From positions 186,001 through 250,000 of the IMG/VR virus record IMGVR_UViG_3300027896_005002: a DNA stretch of 64,000 nt; one strand, given 5' to 3'. Below are positions 19,245 to 29,521 of the stretch, piece by piece (positions within the stretch are counted from its first letter, which is position 1; the number at the start of each line of letters is the position of its first letter). The translations under genes were made by a program, and so were the position numbers. The notes under the pieces are model-generated. The model did no database searches. It had not been told where the DNA came from and worked only from the letters and a program-made list of their open reading frames with translations.

Positions 19245-20693
19245 TTACTTATCCATTTCAATTAAATAAGTAAGAGTTTGTTGATTTAAATTGGGAACAA
19301 TAAATTCATCATTGTAAAGTGATGATCCACCTTTAGCCCAAATACTATTAAAACCGGATGGAACTCCACTACAAGATGACCGAACTTCATAAAATTTTCC
19401 TAATAAAACATCTGCAATAAATAGAAACACATTGTTACTTCTTGATCTATTTGATGAATTCCAGAAATTTGTAGAATAATTTAATGATTTTGTGCTTGCA
19501 CTTGCAAAGTATATTCCATCGCCAAAAGCTCGTCCACTAAAAGTTGGGCAATTGCATGGAGGAATTATAAGTCCATTTTTCATAATACTAAGAATATTGC
19601 AGTTTTTAGACCCATGAAATAATTCCCTTTTATTGTCGTATTTTGTTTTTGTTGATTCGTATCTTGCTCTTTCATGAGGTATTTTAATTTTAAAGATATT
19701 CTTTATTTTATAGAACCAAACATCAGCTCCTTGATGATTTCGGGCTTTTGACGTTTCAACATATGTTTTTATTCGTTCAAATTCTTTTGTATCTATTAAT
19801 TCTTCAATTTCAACACCTATTGCATTTAATTTTTGTGAAGCATTTTTATTTAATGCAGCACCCATTTGGACAGCAGATTCAAGTTGTTCAAGAAGATCAT
19901 ATTCCTGCATTAATTTATTATCATCCAAAATCCAGTCACTTTCTTGAATTTTGCGACCAAACTGATGAGGAATTAATGAAAAATATAAATTGTTGTTAGT
20001 TCTTACAATTTGTGAATCATTATTTAATTTACTATTTTTCAATTGTGTTTTTAAAGAATCAAGAGCAGTCTGTGCTTTTTTAACTTGATCTTTTGTAATT
20101 GGTCCTAAAGGCGTTTCTAATCCATTTGATGTTAATGTCAATGTAGTTAAAGATGTAATATTGTGAATATTTTCTTCAACAATTTGATCAATGATTCTTA
20201 CAATTTTTTGATTTTTAATAGTTGATGTATCAATTGCTGCTTTTTTTGTTGAAGTAATTTGTACAGATTTGTCTCGAATGTTTGAAGAACCTACTTTAGG
20301 AGAGAATGTTTGCACTTCTTCGTAGTTTTCTCTACGGCTATCGGATAAGCCTCTATCGTCTTTAATACTTTTTCCTCGAAGTTTGCTCTTTATAATTGAA
20401 TCAAATTCATTTTCAACAACTGACATATCTGTGATCGGTCTATTAGTATTTTCATCAATGTCTCTGACACCAAAGACTTCTGATAATCCTAATCGACCAT
20501 AATGAGAGAATAAACGATACCAACCTATTTTTGGATTATGTTGAAGTTCTAAGCAATAGAATTTATTGTTATTGCCCTCAACATTGCCGCAATGTAAGAC
20601 CTTGAATTTTTTAGTTTCTGTAAAACCGCATTTTTGAGGATCATAATCATAACCTCCGGGCTTCACTTTACGTTCTTTGAATTTTGCAGCCAT
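19245..20693 (-). CDS. WGR + helical regulatory + catalytic poly(ADP-ribose) polymerase (PARP)
   Basis: NNNKFY..HYGRLG (WGR); TPLGPIT..YFSLIPH (regulatory domain); FHGS, FGDGIYFA, KSLNY, NDEFIV (H-Y-E triad). Confidence 0.88.
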   Translation of the reverse strand: MAAKFKERKVKPGGYDYDPQKCGFTETKKFKVLHCGNVEGNNNKFYCLELQHNPKIGWYRLFSHYGRLGLSEVFGVRDIDENTNRPITDMSVVENEFDSIIKSKLRGKSIKDDRGLSDSRRENYEEVQTFSPKVGSSNIRDKSVQITSTKKAAIDTSTIKNQKIVRIIDQIVEENIHNITSLTTLTLTSNGLETPLGPITKDQVKKAQTALDSLKTQLKNSKLNNDSQIVRTNNNLYFSLIPHQFGRKIQESDWILDDNKLMQEYDLLEQLESAVQMGAALNKNASQKLNAIGVEIEELIDTKEFERIKTYVETSKARNHQGADVWFYKIKNIFKIKIPHERARYESTKTKYDNKRELFHGSKNCNILSIMKNGLIIPPCNCPTFSGRAFGDGIYFASASTKSLNYSTNFWNSSNRSRSNNVFLFIADVLLGKFYEVRSSCSGVPSGFNSIWAKGGSSLYNDEFIVPNLNQQTLTYLIEMDK

Positions 20694-20720
20694 AACTCAT
20701 CCTTTTAATTTGATTTAATT

Positions 20721-21284
20721 TTATAAATTTTTAAAAGCTCTATCAGATATCATCTGGTATAATTTTTGTATATGAGTAATTATTTGACGAATGATTTTTT
20801 TGATAAGATCATCTAATAATGACCATATAAAAGATATAGGCCAATACATTACCCATAAAGTAACTTTGCCTTTATGTTTACTAATAAGAGGCTTGTCAAT
20901 ATTATTTAATGCAGCTTCTTTGGCCCATTCAGCATCTGCAGTACTATATCGACTTCTATCTTTATCCCAATTAGCTTTAAATATTTCTTTTTCTTTTTTA
21001 TGTTTTTCCGCTATTTTGTAAACATGTAACCACCATTTTATAAATGACCATAAAAATCCAAAAACTAAATATAAAACAAAATAAAACACTTGTTCCCATG
21101 GATGCTGGATCATATACTTTACTATATCTGTCTTTGAAATATATTGAATGAATAGAATATATAAAACAAGACAGAGAATTGGCCAAAAAATATGATCTTT
21201 TTCTAATGCAACAGTTACATAAATTGCAAAAGCAATTGTAACAACCCACCAACCAATACCAAACAAAGCAAAGAAAGCAAGCAT
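20721..21284 (-). CDS. Membrane protein
   Basis: 3-4 hydrophobic segments; WSFIKW and WVMYWPIS motifs. Confidence 0.6.
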   Translation of the reverse strand: MLAFFALFGIGWWVVTIAFAIYVTVALEKDHIFWPILCLVLYILFIQYISKTDIVKYMIQHPWEQVFYFVLYLVFGFLWSFIKWWLHVYKIAEKHKKEKEIFKANWDKDRSRYSTADAEWAKEAALNNIDKPLISKHKGKVTLWVMYWPISFIWSLLDDLIKKIIRQIITHIQKLYQMISDRAFKNL

Positions 21285-21349
21285 TGAATTCTCCTTAATT
21301 TAATTCATTCATCCATCCATATAAATCAACTTATAGATCGAAGAACTTT

Positions 21350-22159
21350 CTATTTTTTATTATTTACCAAAATTGTTAATGGATTTAATGACGGACTGTT
21401 TATAACAGTATTTGATGTATCACAATGATATAATTTGAATTCATTTTTATATTTTTCCCATTGTTTTAAAACATTGGGAACAAAAGTTCTTGTCTCATCC
21501 ATAAGTCTTTGATCTTGTTTTCTTTTATAATATTCAATTTGTCTACCACCATTATGACCGGCTAAAATAAGGTCTAATTGAGGATACGATGAATAAAGTA
21601 AATCAAGGTTTTTTACAGCAATCCTCGAGTTAACATCAATGTCAAATAAGGAACTTGGATAAAATGATAATCCCAGAAAACAGCATATTGATCTCGCTGT
21701 TAAATCCATTACTTGATATAATCCTTTAGCACCCATTTCACTTATTGTATCAATACCAAAATTTGATTCATGTCTTTGAATGGCTAATAAATATAAAGGA
21801 TCTGGAACCCAAGGATATTTTGTAAATTCTCTATGAGTTATATCTGCAATTTTATAGGCTTTTTCATAATTGATAGGAATTCGACGACCTGATGCTTTGA
21901 TTTCTGTCCAACGTTCAATAATTTTATCCCTCATAAACAAGATGTATTTTTGCCGAATCGTTTCTACATTAAATGTAGAATAGAGAAACTGATTGGTCTC
22001 TTGTTGTTTGATGACCTGTTTCTCTTGGTATGTTCTTATGTTATAGACATCATAAAGTATGATGCCAACAGCAATAAGAACAATAATTGTTAAAATCCAA
22101 TTTACGTGCCAATGTTTCATTGGGCCCTCCTTTTGGGAGTTAGTACTTTTTATGGACAT
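21350..22159 (-). CDS. Membrane-anchored lytic transglycosylase (SLT domain)
   Basis: N-terminal TM; HESNF (catalytic Glu), SEMGAKGLYQVM, AGHNGG. Confidence 0.8.
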   Translation of the reverse strand: MSIKSTNSQKEGPMKHWHVNWILTIIVLIAVGIILYDVYNIRTYQEKQVIKQQETNQFLYSTFNVETIRQKYILFMRDKIIERWTEIKASGRRIPINYEKAYKIADITHREFTKYPWVPDPLYLLAIQRHESNFGIDTISEMGAKGLYQVMDLTARSICCFLGLSFYPSSLFDIDVNSRIAVKNLDLLYSSYPQLDLILAGHNGGRQIEYYKRKQDQRLMDETRTFVPNVLKQWEKYKNEFKLYHCDTSNTVINSPSLNPLTILVNNKK

Positions 22160-22200
22160 ATCTCTAATATAAAATTATACTTACCGTAGATTTGGGTGGG

Positions 22201-23517
22201 TTAATTTTCGTCTGCAAAATCAATATCTTCGAAAGGTTGAAGATCTTCAAGTTTCACTGCCCATAAGTCATCGTTGAATTTTTGCTCGCTATCTGTTAAG
22301 GTATTCAAGTCCGACTTCATAGCAAATGAAAAATATTTTGAATTGTTAGCAGTTTTGTTCATACTTGTATCGCCTGCTTTTAGGTTTTTAAACCCGGCTT
22401 TTGCGAAGAACAATTGGAAAATAGCTGGATCAATGTAATGCCTTCTTGCAACTTTCGGTGTATTTCCCAAAAATTCTGAAACAACATTTGAGGCTCTCTT
22501 AACTGAATTTTTTGCATCTTTTTTTGTAAATTTAACAACATTAATATCATCTAAAAATTCTTTGGCAATTTTTGATGCATGATAATGTCTGAAATGATGA
22601 ATTGTTACATTCGATCCAAGATTTTTTCTTAAATATCTATTGACTAATCTTGGGGAAATCCTAAATTGTTTTTCTCCTTTTTTGAAAGTAAATATGGAAT
22701 CTTCTGGTCCTTTACTAGTAATTAATTCCTGTAAATTTCGTTTAACAGGAGCAGATACTTCTATTGTATGTTTTTGAGGTATTTCATCTTTTCCAGTATA
22801 ACTAAATTCTATTTTATTATTGTCTTTAAAAGTCATATGTTTTACTTTTAAATTATGAAGACCTCGAACATCATTCTGTTCACTCTTTTTATTACCTACT
22901 CTCATAGCACATTGATCAACTAAAGCAATTGCAGTAGCATATACTCTCGACCGAACATTAGTACTATTTAAATCTGTATTATATTTTTCTCTTATGCTTG
23001 GTAATAATTGACCAAAACGTTGATTATTTGCAAATTTAATTTTCTTATGCTTTTTAATATAATTTTCTGTATAATAATGCTGCTTTTTGCCAGACTTTGG
23101 ATGACGCTGAATTGCATAATAAACGTCATCAGTTTTACTTTTCCATTTAGGATTAATTTCAACCTTAACACCTGAATAAAATCCATGAGTTGTATTAAGA
23201 CGTTTGCCGTCTTTTGTAAAAAATTCAGGATGAGTCTTAAATGTAATTTTTGCTTTTTCTTTTCTTTTAGATTTAATGTCTTCTTTTTTACCTTTTGTCT
23301 TAGACTTAGGTTCATCAAATTTAATATCACCTCTTTCTATTACATCATCTAACTCATTGTATTTTTTATGCAAAGCATTCAAACGACGTTGTTCTTCAGG
23401 AGGTAATGATTTGAAGACAACCATGTTTCTGGTTTTAGGATTGGGAAACTTTTTTCCCATCCACCATGGTTTAGCTATTTTCAAAAATTCTAGAGAAATT
23501 TGAGCTAAATGCTTCAT
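22201..23517 (-). CDS. DNA topoisomerase IB with N-terminal shared leader
   Basis: Catalytic pentad MRVGN, GKD, HHFRHY, LGNT, RRHYIDP; starts MKHLAQISLEFLKIA. Confidence 0.88.
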   Translation of the reverse strand: MKHLAQISLEFLKIAKPWWMGKKFPNPKTRNMVVFKSLPPEEQRRLNALHKKYNELDDVIERGDIKFDEPKSKTKGKKEDIKSKRKEKAKITFKTHPEFFTKDGKRLNTTHGFYSGVKVEINPKWKSKTDDVYYAIQRHPKSGKKQHYYTENYIKKHKKIKFANNQRFGQLLPSIREKYNTDLNSTNVRSRVYATAIALVDQCAMRVGNKKSEQNDVRGLHNLKVKHMTFKDNNKIEFSYTGKDEIPQKHTIEVSAPVKRNLQELITSKGPEDSIFTFKKGEKQFRISPRLVNRYLRKNLGSNVTIHHFRHYHASKIAKEFLDDINVVKFTKKDAKNSVKRASNVVSEFLGNTPKVARRHYIDPAIFQLFFAKAGFKNLKAGDTSMNKTANNSKYFSFAMKSDLNTLTDSEQKFNDDLWAVKLEDLQPFEDIDFADEN

Positions 23518-24182
23518 ATTTTATCCTTTAAACGTTTTAATTCTTTTCTCTCCCATTCTTTACCTCCTAAAGGTGGATTTTTAGAAGGCCAACCTTTATT
23601 ACCAGCATCTTTGTACCTACCCAAAAATAATCCCATACTTACATAATTATTGCCCTGCATACCTTGCTCAGTATAGTCGAGCGAATTTCGTTTATAACCT
23701 TTTTTTTCCATTATATCTCTAATTGATTTTAGAAATTTTGGATCTGTATATATCAAACCAGTCTTACTCGGACGATAACCGTCAAGATAAACTCTTATAT
23801 GTGCATAATTATCATCATTATCAGGATCACCAAGATCTTCATGAGGTTCAAGCTTAATTTTTGATATTCTATATTCTTGCTTTTCATCAGATCCACCCCA
23901 CATTCCGTGAGATGAACTACCAAAGGCTTCTACCTTTTTGCCTTCCATGTTGTGTACAAACTTATTAAATAACATCTCATTTCTAGTCTTCTTCTCAATT
24001 CTTTTTAGACGATTACTTATTTCTTCGTTGGGTGTATTACCTCTCGAAATTGCACTTGGCGTCAAACGTCTTTTACTTTTTGGATGTCTTTTTAGATAAG
24101 CTCTTTGAAACTCTAGAGGCATATCTTTCCACTTTCGGGCTTCTTTAACAAATTCAGATTGAATGATAGCTAAATGATTCAT
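23514..24182 (-). CDS. Leader-family protein, unknown payload
   Basis: MNHLAIIQSEFVKEARKWKDMPLEFQRAYLKRHPKSKR; payload has GLIYTD..F and YTEQGMQG motifs. Confidence 0.7.
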   Translation of the reverse strand: MNHLAIIQSEFVKEARKWKDMPLEFQRAYLKRHPKSKRRLTPSAISRGNTPNEEISNRLKRIEKKTRNEMLFNKFVHNMEGKKVEAFGSSSHGMWGGSDEKQEYRISKIKLEPHEDLGDPDNDDNYAHIRVYLDGYRPSKTGLIYTDPKFLKSIRDIMEKKGYKRNSLDYTEQGMQGNNYVSMGLFLGRYKDAGNKGWPSKNPPLGGKEWERKELKRLKDKI

Positions 24183-24190
24183 ATCATTCC

Positions 24191-24640
24191 TTACGTTTTA
24201 TTTTTTTTTCTTAAATCTAATTTTACCAAAAAATAATCTTTTTTAAATTTTTCTTTTATTTTCTTTTTCAATTGAGCTTTAATAAAATTTCTAATCTTAT
24301 CTTGTTTTTGCTCAAAATATTCAGCTTCTTCATCGGAAACATCTCCAGCTATTGAATCAAATATTTTTTCTGTATAATGTTCTATACTATCTTTATCTGT
24401 ATAATCATGTCTTATTATATCATCTACTTGATTATCAATTTCATTTACTGCATCTTTGGCAAAATCATAATCTTCAAAGTTTTTCTTTTTGTTTTCGACA
24501 ACAATACGTTTTCCAACATCTATCTGTCTTTTGCTTTTGGGATGTCTTTTTAAATAAGCTTTTTGAAATTCTAAAGACATGTCTTTCCACTTACAAGCTT
24601 CTTTAATAAATTCAGATTGAATGATAGCTAAATGATTCAT
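24191..24640 (-). CDS. Leader-family protein, acidic helical payload
   Basis: MNHLAIIQSEFIKEACKWKDMSLEFQKAYLKRHPKSKR. Confidence 0.7.
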   Translation of the reverse strand: MNHLAIIQSEFIKEACKWKDMSLEFQKAYLKRHPKSKRQIDVGKRIVVENKKKNFEDYDFAKDAVNEIDNQVDDIIRHDYTDKDSIEHYTEKIFDSIAGDVSDEEAEYFEQKQDKIRNFIKAQLKKKIKEKFKKDYFLVKLDLRKKNKT

Positions 24641-24728
24641 TTATCTTTCCTTATAAAATAATTTTATTAAAAATCTACAATATTGTAGTTTTATAAAGTA
24701 ATAATTAAAAAGTTTTAAAATGAGATAT

Positions 24729-24970
24729 TGAAACGAATCAACTTCTTGCTTTAATGAACGACATTTGATTCTTTAACCAAAATTAAAGAATTAGAGATAT
24801 CATTCTCCACAAGCTTAAAATTCCTATTCTCCATAGGTACTTCATTTAATATCTCTATCTTCCACTAACCCACATTCACATTTATAAATTCTATCATTTA
24901 ATGATAATTCACTCATTCTATTGTATACATAACATTGTTTAGTAGATGGATACCATTATCAATTATTTTT
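24729..24970 (-). pseudogene. tnpB: Degenerate 3' fragment of IS200/IS605/IS607-family tnpB with omegaRNA/right-end-like sequence
   Basis: Minus strand reads WYPSTKQC...ELSLNDRIYKCECGLVEDRD, then in a shifted frame VPMENRNFKLVE, then AAGCAAGAAG; broken by stops and frameshifts. Confidence 0.65.
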
Positions 24971-26443
24971 AATTAAATCAATAGCCTCATCTTTTGTCAT
25001 ATCTGGATTTTGCATCAACTGATCTTTCAAATAATTAAGTATTTTACCAACTTCTGGTCCTTGTGGTATATTTAATATTTGCATAACTTCATTACCAGAT
25101 ATTGGCAATTTTATTTGCTCTATAGGTTTTTCTTCCTGTAATTGTTTTATTCTATTTTTCAATTCTATAAATTCATCCATATTAGTATGGTCAGCCACAT
25201 GACTCATTCTGTCAGCTTCAATCAAATTCAACACATGTTCTAATTCAGGTCCCATATCTCTTATAAATCGTCTAACAGAAGCTTTAGACCATGTTTTTGA
25301 ATCCCTTGTTCTCATATGTGATTCAACAACTTTTGAAACTATATTTATCATATCATTCGGATATTTCATTCTTTTCATTACATCTTGAGTAATATTTTTT
25401 GATACATCATCATGAGCGTAAAAATGAGTACCTGATTCAGTAACAGTTCTTGTATCTGCTTTACCAATATCATGAAATACTGCTGACAATCTATCTGTTA
25501 AAGTTGGTTTTGATTGCTTCAATACATCCATTGTATGAGTCCAAGCATCAGCATAGTGAAATTTACCTTGTTCGATACCTTCAAGTTTTAATAATTCTGG
25601 CATGAATTGTTTTAATAATCCAGTATTTTTTAATATTTCAAGACCTCTGCTTGGATTGTTTGTCAATAATATTTTATTAAATTCATCTTGAATTCTTTCA
25701 GCTGAAATAAAATTAAGTTCTTGCGCATTAGTTTTGATTGCAGGTTCAATATCATCGGCAAATTTAAAATTGTATTTAACAGCAAAACGTACAGCTCTCA
25801 TCATGCGAAGCGGGTCGTCATTAAATGTAATGTTGGGATTTAGAGGTGTACGAATTATGCCGTCGTTTAAGTCTTTTAAACCTTTGCCAGTTAAGTCTAA
25901 TGTTTTGTTATTAGTAAGATCATATAGTAGAGAATTTATCGTAAAATCTCGACGTTCTACATCTTCTTGTATTGTACCAAAAGAAGTCTTTGGTTTACGA
26001 CTATGTTTTGCATATTCTTCATTTCTTGTTTGAACAAATTCAACTTCAACACTATTTTTAAGTTGTATTTTGGCAGTACCAAAAGTTGGAAATATAACGG
26101 GTTCTCTAATACCTAGTTTTTTGCTGATATATTCTGCAAGTTTAATTCCACCATTTAAAGCTGTGACAGTAATATCAATGTCTTTAGATTTTTTACCTAA
26201 TAATTCATCGCGAACAAATCCGCCAGCAAGAAATGCATGATTTGCAAATGGAGATTCTTTAATAATTGAACTTAACAATTTTATTGATTGTTGTTCTTTG
26301 GTTTTTGACCGTGGTCTACCTGTAAGTTTTTTCTTTGAAAGAGGATGTTTATTTAAATAATCTTTTTGTTGTCGAAGCGTAAGATCATCCCACGAAAGCG
26401 CAATTTTGATAAATTCACGATTTATTTTTAAAAAGTTAGTCAT
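24959..26443 (-). CDS. cca: CCA tRNA nucleotidyltransferase (class II, HD domain) with N-terminal shared leader
   Basis: GGFVRD, DIDI, RRDFTINSL, DDPLRMMRAVRF, ERIQDE, FHDIGK. Likely start at 26443: MTNFLKINREFIKIALSWDDLTLRQQKDYLNKHPLSK. Confidence 0.9.
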   Translation of the reverse strand: MTNFLKINREFIKIALSWDDLTLRQQKDYLNKHPLSKKKLTGRPRSKTKEQQSIKLLSSIIKESPFANHAFLAGGFVRDELLGKKSKDIDITVTALNGGIKLAEYISKKLGIREPVIFPTFGTAKIQLKNSVEVEFVQTRNEEYAKHSRKPKTSFGTIQEDVERRDFTINSLLYDLTNNKTLDLTGKGLKDLNDGIIRTPLNPNITFNDDPLRMMRAVRFAVKYNFKFADDIEPAIKTNAQELNFISAERIQDEFNKILLTNNPSRGLEILKNTGLLKQFMPELLKLEGIEQGKFHYADAWTHTMDVLKQSKPTLTDRLSAVFHDIGKADTRTVTESGTHFYAHDDVSKNITQDVMKRMKYPNDMINIVSKVVESHMRTRDSKTWSKASVRRFIRDMGPELEHVLNLIEADRMSHVADHTNMDEFIELKNRIKQLQEEKPIEQIKLPISGNEVMQILNIPQGPEVGKILNYLKDQLMQNPDMTKDEAIDLIKNN

Positions 26444-27111
26444 ATAACCTTTAACGTTAAATTGACACAATTATTGCTATAATATAAGAGAATCTATTAA
26501 GTTTTTATTTTATTTTTGTAAATAATCCGTGATCGCTTATGTATTAGAAGGTCGCGAATGTCGAGGAGAGTTGTAAGAATTAATTTTTGATTAGTAATAA
26601 CTGCATCAGTCAAATTCATTCTGAGGACAACGTCTTCAGCACTAACAAATGCTTTTCGTATGTCAGTTCTTCTAGATATCGTCAAAACTTTCTTCTTCAT
26701 CATCATTGCTAGTTAAGTCATCCTCATCCATTATTTGCATCATTTCTGACAAATCTTTATCAAAATCAAGTTCGTCATCAAGTATACTACCATCGTCGTT
26801 CGAAAAATCATCGTCGTTAAATTCTTTCATGTTTTCTACTCATTTTTTAATTCAAAACCATTTTGTCTAACAATTCTGGTTACTATATTACTTGATTCTA
26901 TTGGAAATGAGCCAATTTCACGATCATGTTTAAAATCATCTTCATAATGGTAGAGTGAATTAAATTTTCCTTTTAATTCTCTTGACATTCTGCTAAGAGC
27001 TACGACCAATCTTGAATCAGCTCTACCAACTTTATCCTGAGCTAAAACAATTAAATGCCCAACATTACCAACTTTTTTAATAATCATATATACTCTTTTC
27101 ATTTAAATTTG

Positions 27112-27144
27112 TATAGAAGTGCCAACTTTGTTGGCACTTCTATA
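27112..27144. terminator. 15-bp perfect hairpin downstream of histone-like gene
   Basis: tatagaagtgccaac-ttt-gttggcacttctata. Confidence 0.65.
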
Positions 27145-27150
27145 AGAAAA

Positions 27151-27378
27151 TTATTCAGCCGGTTTTTCTTTCTTTGCAGCTTTACGTGCAGCCTTCTTTG
27201 CTTTCTGGTCAGTTAATACATCTTCGCGAATAGCTTTAATAGCTTTTTTTGCGACAAGTAGTGCTTTGCGAGCTTTTGATCCTGATGCATTGATATTCTC
27301 TGTTTTATATTTGGCATATTCTGTGTTGAATTCAGCAATAGCACTTGTTAATTCTTGAATCTTATTTTCGCAACTCAT
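27151..27378 (-). CDS. Histone H1-like (Hc1-type) basic protein
   Basis: NASGSKARKALL..K..R, Lys/Ala-rich tail. Confidence 0.6.
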   Translation of the reverse strand: MSCENKIQELTSAIAEFNTEYAKYKTENINASGSKARKALLVAKKAIKAIREDVLTDQKAKKAARKAAKKEKPAE

Positions 27379-27391
27379 TTGATCCTCCTAT

Positions 27392-28366
27392 TTAATGTTG
27401 TGAGTCCTGTTTATCTACAATTAATTTCTGTTGTTTCGCTTTGACCTGTCGGTCGAAATCTACATTTATGCCATCTTGTATTCCCTCCGTGGATTTTTTC
27501 AATTCCCTAAAGAATAATGCTTTTTGATCTTTGGTTATTGTCGGAAGCATTAACTTTAATGAATCGTCAATCCTCGCTAATATTTGTTTAATGACAACAT
27601 TAAGATATATTTCTTCAGTATCTTTTGGGCTAACTAATGATTTTTTATCGCCAAATGATCCTGATATTGCTTTACTAGTTATAAATCCAAGTTGTGTTAA
27701 ATATTGTCCTTGTTTACTTTCAAGATCAACTTTTGATAAAGCTTTGAACTTCGATATTGATTGTTTATTTAAAACATTTAAAATTTGAGCTTGTTTTATA
27801 ATTAGCTCATCAATACCAAAAGATTTACCATTATTCTTTTTTTCTTGAATCATTTCTTCCAATTCACCATACTTGGTAATCAATTCTTTTGCTGTAGTAT
27901 CAAACATTTCTAATTCATCGATATATCTTTGTTTGGCAAGCTTAAAAATGTCTTTTTGTATTGTTGATGGTTCTAAATCAATTGCAGCTAATCTTTGTTT
28001 GTTGTATTCAGCAATAGCAGCAGCTCGTACATCAAAATGTGAATTAAAATGTCTATGAAGTAATGATTTATTTAGAGATCTGCCCGTTCTTTCCTCAAAT
28101 TTCGATGAGTATTTTTCAATTATTTTGCTATAGGATTCACCATCGAGGAAAGATTTATTTAGTTTGACTGCCCAGATAGGAGTTGTGCAAAGAATACATC
28201 GAGAGTTGGGTCGTAGATAATTATCAATTATTTCATTATCGGTCTTTTTGACGATTTCTTCTTCAATATTTTCTTCGTTTTGTTCTGACTCTTCATTTTG
28301 TGCAGGTTCAAGTACTTCAGCTTCCTGCAAATCAATACCCATATTAAGGTCGTTATCGTTATCCAT
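27392..28366 (-). CDS. Hypothetical DNA-binding protein (Zn/HTH; terminase-small-subunit-like possible)
   Basis: Acidic N-terminus, CILC...GESYSKI...LHRHFNSH, coiled-coil. Confidence 0.35.
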   Translation of the reverse strand: MDNDNDLNMGIDLQEAEVLEPAQNEESEQNEENIEEEIVKKTDNEIIDNYLRPNSRCILCTTPIWAVKLNKSFLDGESYSKIIEKYSSKFEERTGRSLNKSLLHRHFNSHFDVRAAAIAEYNKQRLAAIDLEPSTIQKDIFKLAKQRYIDELEMFDTTAKELITKYGELEEMIQEKKNNGKSFGIDELIIKQAQILNVLNKQSISKFKALSKVDLESKQGQYLTQLGFITSKAISGSFGDKKSLVSPKDTEEIYLNVVIKQILARIDDSLKLMLPTITKDQKALFFRELKKSTEGIQDGINVDFDRQVKAKQQKLIVDKQDSQH

Positions 28367-29217
28367 TATTTGTTTTAAATGATTTAAATTTATCTGATGT
28401 GTTTGCTACTTTAATAAAATGATCTAATTTGAATTCAAATTCTTTTACAGCATCACCCAAATCTTTTTCTAAAATCATCTCATAATAAAATACAAATCCA
28501 TAATCTTTTCCTTGTAATGGTTTATCAGGATCACCAATGCCTACAGCAGACCCTAATTCATCCTTATAAACCCAGATTTTTTTATTGAGTTTTTTTTCAG
28601 TAATTATTCTGTTGCAAATATCAATAAAAATATTAATTTTTTGCTCAATCAGTACATGATATCTTCGTATATCATTTTGCATCTATTAACTCTTTTACAA
28701 TTGGACTAAAATTTTCTTTTATATAATTACCAACCATTTTTTTGGTTATTTTTTTGTCAATAGCGTCAATCACCATTGCTGAAACAATTTTCTTTACAAT
28801 TTGTTCTTCGTATAATCGTTTTTTAAAAAATTGTTCCTCTGATGACTTTATCGACATATTAGTTTCATCACATCGTCAATTGTTATACATTTATCTAAAT
28901 TTTCTGCTAAATCAATTACATCGTCAACTGAAATAGCTTCACCCATTGTCTTAACATGATTTTCAAACAATTTATAAATATACTTTGCATCTGTTTTATT
29001 TTTTGCAGTCTTTATTCTCTTTACCATTTCTTCATCAATTGGAACAACTTTTCCATTATAAATTGAAATCAATGCTTTGCAAGATATACAATTAATTATC
29101 ATTATATCAGGTGATTTTTTCAAAAATATCTCATATTGCTTATTACATGAAGGACATACAAATGAAAGACACGCAGTTTTTATTTTCATTTTCATTTGCT
29201 CCTCCTTAATAATAATT

Positions 29218-29508
29218 TTATGTTATTATTTTTCTATTTTTTAATGCAAGTTCATATTCTTCAAGAACTTTATCCTCAATGACTTTTCTAAATTCATTAG
29301 ATAATGGATGAGCTATATCCTGAAAACTACCATCTGTATGTTTAGTATTCGGCATTACAACAAAAAAACCTTTTGCACCTTCTATCACTCTCAAATTCTT
29401 AACAATAAAAACATCGTTAAAAATGATATTTGCAAAACATTTAAATTTTATATTTTGCGGATTTTGTTTGCTCGGAAATGCTAATTGGACTTTTGTAATT
29501 TCAAGCAT
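29218..29508 (-). CDS. spoVG: SpoVG family nucleic-acid-binding protein
   Basis: EITKV, FIVKNLRVIEGAKGFFVVMP, FQDIAHPL..EFR. Confidence 0.9.
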   Translation of the reverse strand: MLEITKVQLAFPSKQNPQNIKFKCFANIIFNDVFIVKNLRVIEGAKGFFVVMPNTKHTDGSFQDIAHPLSNEFRKVIEDKVLEEYELALKNRKIIT

Positions 29509-29521
29509 CTTTTACTCACAT

